From positions 1-26,222 of the IMG/VR virus record IMGVR_UViG_3300044451_000155: a DNA stretch of 26,222 bases. One strand, written 5' to 3'. Position 1 is the stretch's first letter, and the number at the start of each line of letters is the position of its first letter. Source of the DNA: a virus. Lineage: Duplodnaviria; Caudoviricetes. The translations under genes were made by a program, and so were the position numbers. Shown one piece after another: positions 1 through 8,800 of this stretch. Below the pieces are notes generated by a model that saw nothing but the letters and a program-made list of their open reading frames with translations, had not been told where the DNA came from and did no database searches.

Positions 1-183
1 AAGTTTTTCTTGTGTATTTTTACATTCCACACAAAGGGTTACAGAACCATAGCGCTGACGCTCAACAGGAATATCATTTCCGCATTCTTCACATTCGGTA
101 AGGGAAGGGCGGCTAAAGTCTTTAGGTTGAATTTGAACCTGTTTAAGTTGTAGTTCTTGGGCAATATCGATTTTGTCTGTCAT
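1..183 (-). CDS. TraR/DksA C4-type zinc-finger protein (3' end outside window; not in ORF track)
   Basis: Manual translation from ATG at 183: MTDKIDIAQELQLKQVQIQPKDFSRPSLTECEECGNDIPVERQRYGSVTLCVECKNTQEKL. It has CxxC...CxxC and the N-terminal DxxDxA motif, and an ATGA overlap with the ogr stop (180-183). Confidence 0.85.
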   Translation of the reverse strand, partial: MTDKIDIAQELQLKQVQIQPKDFSRPSLTECEECGNDIPVERQRYGSVTLCVECKNTQEKL

Positions 184-419
184 GCGTGCTCCATTTTCCA
201 AGTACGGTCTGGAGTAGGTAAATTAATTTCAGGATTAGGATGAGCTGGAGGGGAAAGCTGGATCTTTAATTCAAAAAATCCTTGAGCGGTAAAGCCACAC
301 TCTAAGTTTTGACACTGTCCCTGAAATGAACGGAGTAAAGGATTAAGTTCAGTACTTGAACGGATTGAAAAGGGTTCGCCGCAGTGAGGGCATTTATAAC
401 GGGATCTTGGTCGAGCCAT
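180..419 (-). CDS. ogr: Ogr/Delta-family zinc-finger late-gene transcriptional activator
   Basis: CPHCG...IRSS...CQNLECGFT...LSPPAHPNP matches the Ogr/Delta pattern; located directly after gpD as in P2. Confidence 0.9.
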   Translation of the reverse strand: MARPRSRYKCPHCGEPFSIRSSTELNPLLRSFQGQCQNLECGFTAQGFFELKIQLSPPAHPNPEINLPTPDRTWKMEHA

Positions 420-459
420 TTCGCTACCTGTTGGTTTAATTATTTACGATTTTATAACA

Positions 460-481
460 AAATCACTATAAATAGTGATTT
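460..481. promoter_or_regulatory. Perfect inverted repeat upstream of ogr (candidate operator)
   Basis: AAATCACTAT-aa-ATAGTGATTT, 10-bp arms, ~40 bp upstream of the ogr start in an AT-rich intergenic region. Confidence 0.45.
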
Positions 482-516
482 ATAATAATTTGTATCGAAA
501 ATTGATTACTCTTTTG

Positions 517-547
517 TCCTTGCTTCCCCCAAAGCAAGGATTTTTTT
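517..547 (+). terminator. Intrinsic terminator-like hairpin between gpD and ogr
   Basis: Stem TCCTTGCTT (517-525)/AAGCAAGGA (532-540), followed by a T7 run on the + strand only. Confidence 0.6.
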
Positions 548-1859
548 ATTTGCCCTTTTTAGCTTTATCTATTCGTGTTTGTTCCCTCTTTAAAGCAATG
601 GCCGCTGTCTTTTTTGTTTTATAGGTTTTAATGAGCTTCAACGGATTGCTTTGATCGCCTGAAGTAAGCTTCTGATCTTTACCATTCTCACGATAAAAAA
701 CGATTACCCCGGTGTAGTCAGCATAGTTCCGACCAGTCCTTTTTTTATTTTGTTTTCTTAATTCTTTATCTCCCTCTTTATCAGGCTCAAAAAGGGTAGA
801 AACATCATCTGCATTTGGGAGTTGTACCTCTAATTCAACACTCGTTGTAAACCCTCCGTCAGTTAGATTGTGAGTAACGTTAGTTCCCAGCCATACAATG
901 TCATCGATTTGTGGTTTTAAACCGGTGAATACAAACTCTTGTTCCGGAATAAGTTCAGGTTGGCCAAAGGCAAAGGTATAAGACAATTTTTGTGAAGAAC
1001 GTTTGCAACGCTTGAATTCAGCCTGGCAAGCAAGTTCAGCTGTTTTTTTGTCGCGGTGGACGTAACGGATCTCTTTTAAATTTTCCTCATTATCACCGAT
1101 CACCACATATAACTTTTTAGATTTACCAGCATCGTAATAGAACGCTTTAACGCCTGTAATTCGGTCAGTACCGGTACCAGTCGTGTAATTGTGGCCATCA
1201 CCATCAGATCTAAAAATTTGGGCAGTAGGAAGGGGTAATCCAGAAGCTGTTTGACTGGCTCCACGTGGCAATAAAATTAAGTGGCCATTTTTTACCGTAG
1301 CAATAGCATCATGTTCGTCTGCTATCCGAGTAATCAGATTGGCATCACTTTCGTTCTGAGCAATGTATGAAATTACTCGGTTGGCCAATGTGTCATGTAC
1401 AATTGTTTTAAGCGCATATTCAGTACCAACGGTTTCAAAAATCACCTGAATTGTTTTATTACTAAAGCTACGTTCACGCTTTTGTTTTAAACCTTCAGAT
1501 ACGTCATTACTGAAGGCCGAAATGCTTAAAACATCCGGTGCACCGCGATGAGTGACCGATTCAACTTTGTATTTCCCTTTGTCCACCAAGCCCGTATTTG
1601 ACCAACCAATCCACACCTGAATAATTGCTCCTTCAGGAGGGATTTCTAATTGTCCATCTGAATCATCCAGATCAATATCGACAGAGTCCACAACAAGACC
1701 ACGATTGTCTTTAATACTGAGTGAAATTAAGCGGTCGACGACAAGTGGGGAGATGTCATTACCATCTACTTCTAGGCGATAAATTGGGAAAGGATATTCA
1801 GTTTCAGCCTGATATGATTCAGCTGCTTCATTTAGTTTATTGGTGATTTGATTAAGCAT
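546..1859 (-). CDS. gpD: Baseplate hub / late control protein gpD
   Basis: RLISLSIKDNRGLVVDSVDIDLDDSDG, LVDKGKY, QNESDANLITRIA motifs; follows gpU. Confidence 0.92.
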   Translation of the reverse strand: MLNQITNKLNEAAESYQAETEYPFPIYRLEVDGNDISPLVVDRLISLSIKDNRGLVVDSVDIDLDDSDGQLEIPPEGAIIQVWIGWSNTGLVDKGKYKVESVTHRGAPDVLSISAFSNDVSEGLKQKRERSFSNKTIQVIFETVGTEYALKTIVHDTLANRVISYIAQNESDANLITRIADEHDAIATVKNGHLILLPRGASQTASGLPLPTAQIFRSDGDGHNYTTGTGTDRITGVKAFYYDAGKSKKLYVVIGDNEENLKEIRYVHRDKKTAELACQAEFKRCKRSSQKLSYTFAFGQPELIPEQEFVFTGLKPQIDDIVWLGTNVTHNLTDGGFTTSVELEVQLPNADDVSTLFEPDKEGDKELRKQNKKRTGRNYADYTGVIVFYRENGKDQKLTSGDQSNPLKLIKTYKTKKTAAIALKREQTRIDKAKKGK

Positions 1860-2300
1860 TTATATCAACCTATTTACTGCACCACCAGCCATGCCGATGA
1901 GTGTACCGAGTAGCGTCGGTTTCCATTCCTTCACAATCTTTAGTGTCAAAGTAAATTCGGTTTTGCGGGCAGCGCCATCTTTAAAGAAGTACGTTTTTGT
2001 CTCTTCCATATTTTCAATAATAACTAGGCCATAAATCTTTCCAGTACCTTCAATCAATGTGTAAGCCATGCCTGTATCAGCCATACGACGGACTTGATCT
2101 AGTACAACTCGGTTATAGGTTAATTCATGGTAGATTTCCCCCTTCAGGGTAATGGTATCTTCACCTTTACCAACGAATTGATAAGCTGGGGTTGAACCTA
2201 CTCGGTTATTACTAGGATGTCTCCAATTGGTAACTCGTTGCAGTTCTTGATATGCAGCTGTCCGTAATGAAAATACGAACAGCCCTAAAGCCATCATCAT
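1860..2300 (-). CDS. gpU: Tail protein gpU (tube initiator)
   Basis: MMMALGLFVFSLRTAAYQELQR...WRHPSNNRVG...QFVGKG, the classical P2 gpU N-terminus. Confidence 0.93.
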   Translation of the reverse strand: MMMALGLFVFSLRTAAYQELQRVTNWRHPSNNRVGSTPAYQFVGKGEDTITLKGEIYHELTYNRVVLDQVRRMADTGMAYTLIEGTGKIYGLVIIENMEETKTYFFKDGAARKTEFTLTLKIVKEWKPTLLGTLIGMAGGAVNRLI

Positions 2301-2306
2301 ATTTTT

Positions 2307-4757
2307 TTACTCTGTGTCTGTTAGAAAACGACGTCTAGCGTCACGCTCTTCTTGTTGGAGACGTACCATTTCAGCCCGTAATGCACGTGCTGTTTCACGG
2401 ACTGGTTGACCGTGCTCTGCTTTAATAGTGATTTGGATTGTGTCGTTACTAATGAAGCTGCCACCGCGTTGTGCCCGGATTGGTGTTACAGGCGTAACCT
2501 TTGCTGTGGTACCAGTACCAATTACATTCTGCGTAGCTTGCTGTGTTGCTTTAACAGGTAACTTATGATTCTGTGAAATACCTAATGCCATGCCTTGCAT
2601 GGTGTAGTCACCAATACCCATAAACACACGGGATGGGGAATGGATACCTAAGATATTCCTGGCCTTGTCAATAACACCAGTTACGGCACCGGAGAGAGCT
2701 GTTTTCACTTCACCAATTTTGGACATAATCCCGTTTTTTAAGCCCGTCAAAATCATGGCACCAAAGCCAGTAAATTTGGCGGGCAGATCTATTCCGAACC
2801 AGGACAAGACTTTTGCAAAGGCAGCATAGAAAAGCCCAATAGGGGACCAGTTAATAATTAGGGCAGATACGCCTTTAATCCCGCCATTAAAGGAAGTTTT
2901 AACCGTATTCCAAATGCCCACAAAGAGTCCTTTGATAGGTTCCCAATTCTTATAAATGAGATAAGCAGCTCCAGCCACGGCTGCAATAATGCCAAGGATA
3001 ACTAAACCAGCTGGAGAGAAAATGGCTCCTAATGCACTAAACCCAATCCCTAATGTGGAAAAGGTCATTTTGAGCATAGCAAGTGGACCAATTAGCGCTA
3101 AAACTCCAAGTGATAAAGCGCTTATAACAGCAATGATAGCTATGCCACCAACAGCAATTTTTACCAGACTTGAGGCTAATGCAGGGTTGCGTGATGCCCA
3201 ATCTTGAACAACTGCCATCACAGAGGTGAATTTACCAAGCATGGTATTAATTGGTGGTAAAAGTACATTACCAATATTGATCGCCAAGCCCGCCACTTGG
3301 TTCTTGGCTAACTGAATATTATTAGCGGTAGTTGCTGCACGTGCGGCATATTCGGCTTGCATTGAACCAGCATATTTAGATTTATCTCCTACCATTGATA
3401 GGTTTTTTTCTAATGCCTCCATGTTAGTAAGTAATGGTGCAATAGAGCCTAAAGATTCAGATCCAAATAGTTCTTTTAAGGTTGCAGCCTGTTTATATTT
3501 ATCTAATTTTGAAATTGCTTTTATTACTTTCAACGTCGTAGCTTCAGCATCAGTTTGCATGTCTTTAGCAACTTGGCCAGCATCTAAACCCAAATCTTTA
3601 TAAGCAGCTCTTTGACCTTTAGTGGCAGATTCTCCAGCAACTAAAGCAAGCATCATATTTTTAATACCGGTTGCTGCAATTTCTTCTGCGACACCCATTC
3701 CCCGGATAGTGGCACCAAGTGCTGCAATAGATCCAGAAGCAAAACCACCAACTTCACCAAGAGGGCCAATACGTTGAACAATATCCATGATGCCTTTTGC
3801 TGCAGCTGGAGTGTTATTGCCTAGGTAGTTAATTTTGTCAGCAAGAGAGACGACTTCTGTTTGAGACATTTTAAAAGCTGTACGCATTTCGGCCATAGCT
3901 TGACCAGACTCTTGAGCAGAAATGTCAAAAGCAACGCCCATTTTTACCGCGGATTCAGCAAAACCTAGCAGTTCATTTTTTGCTATTCCTGATTGGCCAC
4001 CAGCTGCAACAATAGCTGCAATATCCTTGGCAGCCATTGGAAGTTCGGTGGATAGCCGGATAATGTCATCACCCATGATTTTGAACTGTTGAGGAGTTTC
4101 AAAATTGACGACCTTTTTCACATCTGCCATTGCAGATTCATAGTCAATTGCCAGGTGTACTGGAATAGCCATCGCAGCTGCTCCAGCACCAGCGACCATT
4201 AGACCTTTCTTGGCCAGATCCGATGCTTTAGCCATACGTCCTTGCATTTTCTCATACTGCTTTTGGGCGTTTTGGTGACGTTCTAAAGATTCCTTTTGTT
4301 TATTAATTTCCATCGTAGTGAGATGGATTTTATTCTTCAGCTCTGATTCATCATTAGCCAGATTGTCAACACTAATCCCAGCCTGTTTAAGTTCACGTAC
4401 TAAAGCCGTCATTTCTGAGCCTTGATTTTTTTGAGCTGCTTTCAGGCGTTTTTGTGCGGCTTCAGCACGTGCAAGATCCTTAACCATTTGTTGGGTAGGG
4501 GCACCAATATTCATGGCTGTTTTGAGCTGTTTAAGGGTTTCTTTATTTTGTTCAATGGCCTGTGAAGTTTTTTCAGATTGTTCTTTAAGCTGCCTGAAAC
4601 CTGAAATTTTACGTTGCTGGGCTTCTAGACCCTTCAGTTCTGATGAAGTCTTTTTAAAGGCATCCGATAATGTTTTAGAGCCACCAACGATTGTTTTTAT
4701 AGGGCCAGATAATTTATCAACTGCATTAAATAGGACTTCTAATTTTAAATCTGCCAT
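2307..4757 (-). CDS. gpT: Tail tape measure protein gpT (TP901-type core)
   Basis: 816 aa, Ala/Gly-rich helical protein with YESAMADVKKVVNF, YKNWEPIK and LGIHSPSRVF motifs; between E and U. Confidence 0.93.
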   Translation of the reverse strand: MADLKLEVLFNAVDKLSGPIKTIVGGSKTLSDAFKKTSSELKGLEAQQRKISGFRQLKEQSEKTSQAIEQNKETLKQLKTAMNIGAPTQQMVKDLARAEAAQKRLKAAQKNQGSEMTALVRELKQAGISVDNLANDESELKNKIHLTTMEINKQKESLERHQNAQKQYEKMQGRMAKASDLAKKGLMVAGAGAAAMAIPVHLAIDYESAMADVKKVVNFETPQQFKIMGDDIIRLSTELPMAAKDIAAIVAAGGQSGIAKNELLGFAESAVKMGVAFDISAQESGQAMAEMRTAFKMSQTEVVSLADKINYLGNNTPAAAKGIMDIVQRIGPLGEVGGFASGSIAALGATIRGMGVAEEIAATGIKNMMLALVAGESATKGQRAAYKDLGLDAGQVAKDMQTDAEATTLKVIKAISKLDKYKQAATLKELFGSESLGSIAPLLTNMEALEKNLSMVGDKSKYAGSMQAEYAARAATTANNIQLAKNQVAGLAINIGNVLLPPINTMLGKFTSVMAVVQDWASRNPALASSLVKIAVGGIAIIAVISALSLGVLALIGPLAMLKMTFSTLGIGFSALGAIFSPAGLVILGIIAAVAGAAYLIYKNWEPIKGLFVGIWNTVKTSFNGGIKGVSALIINWSPIGLFYAAFAKVLSWFGIDLPAKFTGFGAMILTGLKNGIMSKIGEVKTALSGAVTGVIDKARNILGIHSPSRVFMGIGDYTMQGMALGISQNHKLPVKATQQATQNVIGTGTTAKVTPVTPIRAQRGGSFISNDTIQITIKAEHGQPVRETARALRAEMVRLQQEERDARRRFLTDTE

Positions 4758-4770
4758 TGGTGGACTCTAA

Positions 4771-4962
4771 TTAGTTAGTTTGATTTCTTTTTAGTGCTCT
4801 ACGATGCCATTTGCTCAATTCAACTATATCCATGTCATCGTAAGTACTTGGCGGCCAATGAAAAATGACGGCAATATTAGCTATTGCCTCATCTACATCA
4901 TCGACAAGCTCTAGACTGTCTGAGCCTTGATTTCCTTCTGTAAGGCTTTCGGGTACAAAAAA
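4771..4962 (-). CDS. gpE' extension translated by -1 frameshift (gpE+E')
   Basis: Slippery TTTTTTG at 4962-4956 (- strand) near the end of gpE. The -1 frame continues FVPESL...ANIAVIFHWPPSTYDDMDIVELSKWHRRALKR, which carries the P2 E' signature IAVIFHWPPS. Confidence 0.85.
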   Translation of the reverse strand, partial: FFVPESLTEGNQGSDSLELVDDVDEAIANIAVIFHWPPSTYDDMDIVELSKWHRRALKRNQTN

Positions 4963-5252
4963 GTGACCAAATGCCCTCCTAAATTGGCGAAATCTACAGG
5001 GTCCATTTGATAGATCTGCTGAGGTGTCAGTGCTGGCGACGTAACACGTGGAAGGACTTTGCAAAGGGCATCTACATCATGCTGGTAAATAGCCTGAAGA
5101 CTGGTACCACTTAATGCCTTTACACCAGGTTTACGAATGGTCACCTGAGTAATCATCTGTTCACCCATACGGATTGGTTCTTCTAAAGTCACCACTTCTT
5201 CATTTGGGTTTTTGATTTGTTCCTGGTTAATCGCTTGATCAATTTGATTCAT
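4911..5252 (-). CDS. gpE: Tail assembly chaperone gpE
   Basis: VTLEEPIRMGEQMITQVTIRKP...DVDALCKVLPRVTSPALT...MDPVDF; position after the tail tube gene. Confidence 0.9.
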   Translation of the reverse strand: MNQIDQAINQEQIKNPNEEVVTLEEPIRMGEQMITQVTIRKPGVKALSGTSLQAIYQHDVDALCKVLPRVTSPALTPQQIYQMDPVDFANLGGHLVTFLYPKALQKEIKAQTV

Positions 5253-5278
5253 GTGGAAATATCCTAAAAGTTAAATTA

Positions 5279-5311
5279 AAAAAACCTTCTGCAGTACTGG
5301 ACTACAGAAGG
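5279..5311 (-). terminator. Intrinsic terminator/attenuator after tail tube gene
   Basis: - strand CCTTCTGTAGT-ccagt-ACTGCAGAAGG (11-bp stem with one G-U pair) followed by T6. Confidence 0.7.
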
Positions 5312-5320
5312 GAAGGAAAC

Positions 5321-5839
5321 TTATAAAATGCCTAAAATGTTGCGTTGTTTTTCAAGACGATCTACGCCACCGATCATTTCTTTCATGCCAAGAATGTCAA
5401 TTTCAACTTCAACAACACCATTCACCGTCAACTTGTAGTAAACACAGTTCGTCACAACTTTATGTTCTGTGTCTTCACCAGGTGTAGATTCACCACCATC
5501 AATTTCTTCATGACGGCCTTTAACAATCACTTCAACGGCATCATATTCGCCATCATCATCGCGCTGGTATGCGCCAGCAAAACGGAGATAAACACCGTCA
5601 ATTTTTTCCATACCAAATTGACGGAATGTCAAAAGATCTAGACCACCATAAGTTGACTCAAGTACTAAGCCATCATCGGACATGCCTAAATCGACTTTTA
5701 CGGTCCCGTTCATACCACCACCACGGTAGTCTTCAGTTTTACGGGCTAACTTGGGTAAAGTTACAGTTTTAACTTTGCCCAAGTAGCTATTCCCTTCATT
5801 AAAGAAGTTCATATTTTTTAATTTTGGAGGTAAAGCCAT
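5321..5839 (-). CDS. gpFII: Major tail tube protein gpFII
   Basis: MALPPKLKNMNFFNEGNSYLG...LPKLARKTEDYRGGGMNG...RFAGAYQRDD. Confidence 0.95.
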   Translation of the reverse strand: MALPPKLKNMNFFNEGNSYLGKVKTVTLPKLARKTEDYRGGGMNGTVKVDLGMSDDGLVLESTYGGLDLLTFRQFGMEKIDGVYLRFAGAYQRDDDGEYDAVEVIVKGRHEEIDGGESTPGEDTEHKVVTNCVYYKLTVNGVVEVEIDILGMKEMIGGVDRLEKQRNILGIL

Positions 5840-5851
5840 GCGTTATGCTCC

Positions 5852-7027
5852 TTAAGCGTTTACAGATGCAGCAAAGTTAGCGAGATAACGATCAGTGATA
5901 CGTTGTCTGAATGTCAGATCTTCTAATGGTGGGACAGGGGTGTAATCGTAATCAGTGGCCAATTTCCCAACCTTTAACGTGTCTGGAGTATTTGCTTCAG
6001 GATCGAACCAGGCGTCACCACCAATGAGGTATTTATTGCGTATGAGTTCACGTAGCTTGGCCTTTTGACCTTCAAGAATGTCTGTGACTAACGAACCATG
6101 AAGAGGTAAATCATTTGCCCACATATGTGCTTCAGCCATGCTGTCAGCCAAGACTTGAGCAGTACGTGTATAGTTTTCAAATAGGAATAATGGATCATCA
6201 GAACAAGTACGAGATCCCCAAAAACGAAAACCTTCATGCTGAATTAAAGTTGTAACTTCATTGCTGTTGAGATAGCCCGCGTCAGTTGCTGGGTCTTGTA
6301 GATCCCAAGTCACATCAGCATCGATACCAGTAACACCTGATACTGCAACGTTTGAAAGGGTTTTATGCCAGCCGATTTCGTTATCAATCTTTGCGCGTAA
6401 ACCCATAGCAACTGCTACAGCTGGTACTGTTTCTGTTTGAGCCGTTGTCGTATTGAATGCTACAAAGTTCGGCCAAATGATCATGAGTTCACGTGCAGCA
6501 AACGCTTCACGATACGCCACAGCTTCTTCTTTGGTTTTACAACCCCATGCATACGCATAAGCCATAGCACGCAACTTTTTAGCAATTACAACTAATTCAG
6601 TAGCAACTGGCTGAGTATCAAGCCCTGGTGCGCCTAAAATACGCGGTTGAACACCTAATTTTGATTTGGCAACAAGTAAAGCTTTAAGGCCGGTATATTT
6701 ACCTTCAGCCGTAACAGTACCAACAACGTTTGCAGTTTGAGCTGCTTCATCAACTGCAGTTGGTACACGGACCACTACACAAATAGCGTTGGTTTGGTTG
6801 GCCATATTTTGAAGTACTTTTGCTAAAGTTCCGTTTTTACCGGCTTTAGCTACTGCAGATTGTATATTTGTAATTAGTACTGCTTGGTTTTCTGGGAACA
6901 CTAGTGGATCTGCATCATCTGCAGTTGCAACAAAGCCTGGAATTGCTGTTGCAATGGTTCGGATTGGCCGAATCCCATCATTAAGTTCAAGGACACGGAT
7001 TCCGTGGTGGTATTGATCTATAGCCAT
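5852..7027 (-). CDS. gpFI: Tail sheath protein gpFI
   Basis: YHHGIRVLE, GKYTGLKALL, GWHKTLSNV, GFRFWGSRTCSDDPLF, DYTPVPPLEDLT. Confidence 0.96.
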   Translation of the reverse strand: MAIDQYHHGIRVLELNDGIRPIRTIATAIPGFVATADDADPLVFPENQAVLITNIQSAVAKAGKNGTLAKVLQNMANQTNAICVVVRVPTAVDEAAQTANVVGTVTAEGKYTGLKALLVAKSKLGVQPRILGAPGLDTQPVATELVVIAKKLRAMAYAYAWGCKTKEEAVAYREAFAARELMIIWPNFVAFNTTTAQTETVPAVAVAMGLRAKIDNEIGWHKTLSNVAVSGVTGIDADVTWDLQDPATDAGYLNSNEVTTLIQHEGFRFWGSRTCSDDPLFLFENYTRTAQVLADSMAEAHMWANDLPLHGSLVTDILEGQKAKLRELIRNKYLIGGDAWFDPEANTPDTLKVGKLATDYDYTPVPPLEDLTFRQRITDRYLANFAASVNA

Positions 7028-7070
7028 AAAAAAGCCTGTTTATTGAGGTTTTAATTCAACAAACAGGCTT
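7028..7070 (-). terminator. 15-bp hairpin with T-run ending at the gpFI start codon
   Basis: - strand AAGCCTGTTTGTTGA-attaaaacc-TCAATAAACAGGCTT-TTTT-ATG. Confidence 0.6.
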
Positions 7071-7104
7071 GCATGACTAAATCGAAAGTGTAAGTTACTT
7101 GGTC

Positions 7105-7123
7105 TGTGAAAATGGTTTTTACA
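7105..7123. promoter_or_regulatory. Late promoter activator (Ogr) box for the F operon
   Basis: TGTGAAAATGGTTTTTACA, a near-palindrome matching the boxes at 13755 and 19644. Confidence 0.75.
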
Positions 7124-7412
7124 AGATTGGGTCTTTTTCTATCAGCTGTAAAACGTCAGGATTGCTCTGTAAAAACTCTGCTAATTTCTGCTCTGGCGAA
7201 ATTGATTCTGGTATCTTGGGTTTCGGAATAATTTCCCAATCTACTCCATTAAATCGTGGCCATTGACTATCAGACCACTCTTTAGGAGGTTGGATTTCGG
7301 TACTATTACCCGGTAATAAAAAAATACCAGGCTCAAGTGGAGATTCATCTGCTATTGATTCACAAACGAATAATCCTGCTTGATTGTATAGGTAAACTAT
7401 TTTCTCGTTCAT
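7119..7412 (-). CDS. Tail fibre assembly/chaperone-like protein (gpG position)
   Basis: Preferred start MNEKIVYLY at 7412 with GAGG SD; ADESPLEPGIFLLPGNSTEIQPP...PRFNGVDW motif typical of small proteins that follow tail fibre genes. Confidence 0.75.
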   Translation of the reverse strand: MNEKIVYLYNQAGLFVCESIADESPLEPGIFLLPGNSTEIQPPKEWSDSQWPRFNGVDWEIIPKPKIPESISPEQKLAEFLQSNPDVLQLIEKDPIL

Positions 7413-7419
7413 AAAGACC

Positions 7420-8784
7420 TCAATATTTAATACAGCAGAGCCAAGCGACATTTCGTGGTCGAGTTTCAGTACCACCAAAACTTTCAGTTAAAGTAGAACT
7501 CGTTGAGGTGTAACCTAATGCGTCTAACACTTCAGTGCGTTTATTACCTGTCATTTCTCTTTTCCCAAATGGCGATCCGGCTCCACCTTCACTTTCATGA
7601 TCTATTCCAGTTAAGTGTTGATGGGCTTTGATTGATTCAGATTGCCAACTTCCAATTACACGACCAGTATCTATTCCTCGGCCATCATCTAAACCACGTG
7701 GAAATTCGGCTCTACCTTCAGGAACATTAAAAGTACTTATGCCATCACCAGCACCATACGTGGTTCCAATAGCAGCAAATAAATCTGAATACACAGTTCT
7801 TGAAACAGCTGCAGAGTTTGCTTTAAGGAAGCCTGGTGGAGCTTTATTCATTGCAAAATAAACGATTGCACCAGCGGGTAAACCATTAGCTTTAGCCTCT
7901 TCTTTACTGTAAACATTCAGGTTTTGACGTGCTAATGGCTTGTTTTGTACATCAGCTAAGTTTTGATCTTTAGCAAGTGGATAAGGTGCAGATCCAAGTG
8001 GATCATTTTGGACGCCGAGAATTTTGGTACCAGCTGGATAGGACTTACCTAAAACAATCTCAGTGGCTCCATTTGCCGTCCAGCCTTCCGCACCTGCTGA
8101 TTGATGTAAGCGAATACCATTAACATAAACAGCTAAGCCAGTAGTCGTCACGGTTGACCAGACAACATGTGTCTGATCTGTAGCAAGAAGTTGTTCTTCT
8201 TCAATTGAATCAACAAAAATATTTACTTCAGTTGCATTTCCCCACTCGACATCACCATCATTATTCGATTTCTTTTTTAGAATCTGGCCAGTGGTTCCAC
8301 CTGGTAAAAGTTTTGCTGTATTAATCGTATTAATGATCCAGCTATGTGTTGCAATAACCACGTTAGGATCAATTTTTAATTCGACAGTTTCTACATTTCG
8401 AATGAAGAATGAGAGACGAAAAACAGTGTCATTGATGATCCCTTCTTGTGCTACAGGCTTAGTGATATCGGGTAGGTTGCCGACGGCAAAGAGATTACCA
8501 TTGCTATCAAAAATACCAATCTCACGCATGACAAAACTGCCGATATTGGCTGGAATAATCAGCTCAGCTGTAAATTTCAAATCATTTTCTGGATCTTGAT
8601 AGACACGGTTAACAACAGCTCGGAATTTTTCACGAACCAAAGATGTCATGTCTGGATTTAATTTAATTGGTTGCCCACCACCATCACCTACAGCCATATG
8701 GGTAAGACGGATTTGAGTACCTGTTGATTCAGCCTGTGTAAGTAGCTCAAGGCCCAATTTTGTATGTATAGATTTATAAGACAT
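7420..8784 (-). CDS. Tail fibre protein gpH-like (baseplate-attachment N-terminus, C-terminal collar domain)
   Basis: N-terminal LTHMAVGDGGG...MREIGIFD; collar motif PPGFLKANSAAVSRTVYSDLFAAIGTTYGAGDGISTFNVPEGRAEFPRGLDDGRGID; C-terminal ETRPRNVAWLCCIKY. Confidence 0.9.
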   Translation of the reverse strand: MSYKSIHTKLGLELLTQAESTGTQIRLTHMAVGDGGGQPIKLNPDMTSLVREKFRAVVNRVYQDPENDLKFTAELIIPANIGSFVMREIGIFDSNGNLFAVGNLPDITKPVAQEGIINDTVFRLSFFIRNVETVELKIDPNVVIATHSWIINTINTAKLLPGGTTGQILKKKSNNDGDVEWGNATEVNIFVDSIEEEQLLATDQTHVVWSTVTTTGLAVYVNGIRLHQSAGAEGWTANGATEIVLGKSYPAGTKILGVQNDPLGSAPYPLAKDQNLADVQNKPLARQNLNVYSKEEAKANGLPAGAIVYFAMNKAPPGFLKANSAAVSRTVYSDLFAAIGTTYGAGDGISTFNVPEGRAEFPRGLDDGRGIDTGRVIGSWQSESIKAHQHLTGIDHESEGGAGSPFGKREMTGNKRTEVLDALGYTSTSSTLTESFGGTETRPRNVAWLCCIKY

Positions 8785-8800
8785 AGTTCAAACTCAATAA

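Noticed and set aside
4965-5064. 5' part of the 4771..5064 ORF as an independent gene
   Set aside because: It overlaps gpE out of frame; only the part after the TTTTTTG slippery site resembles E'.
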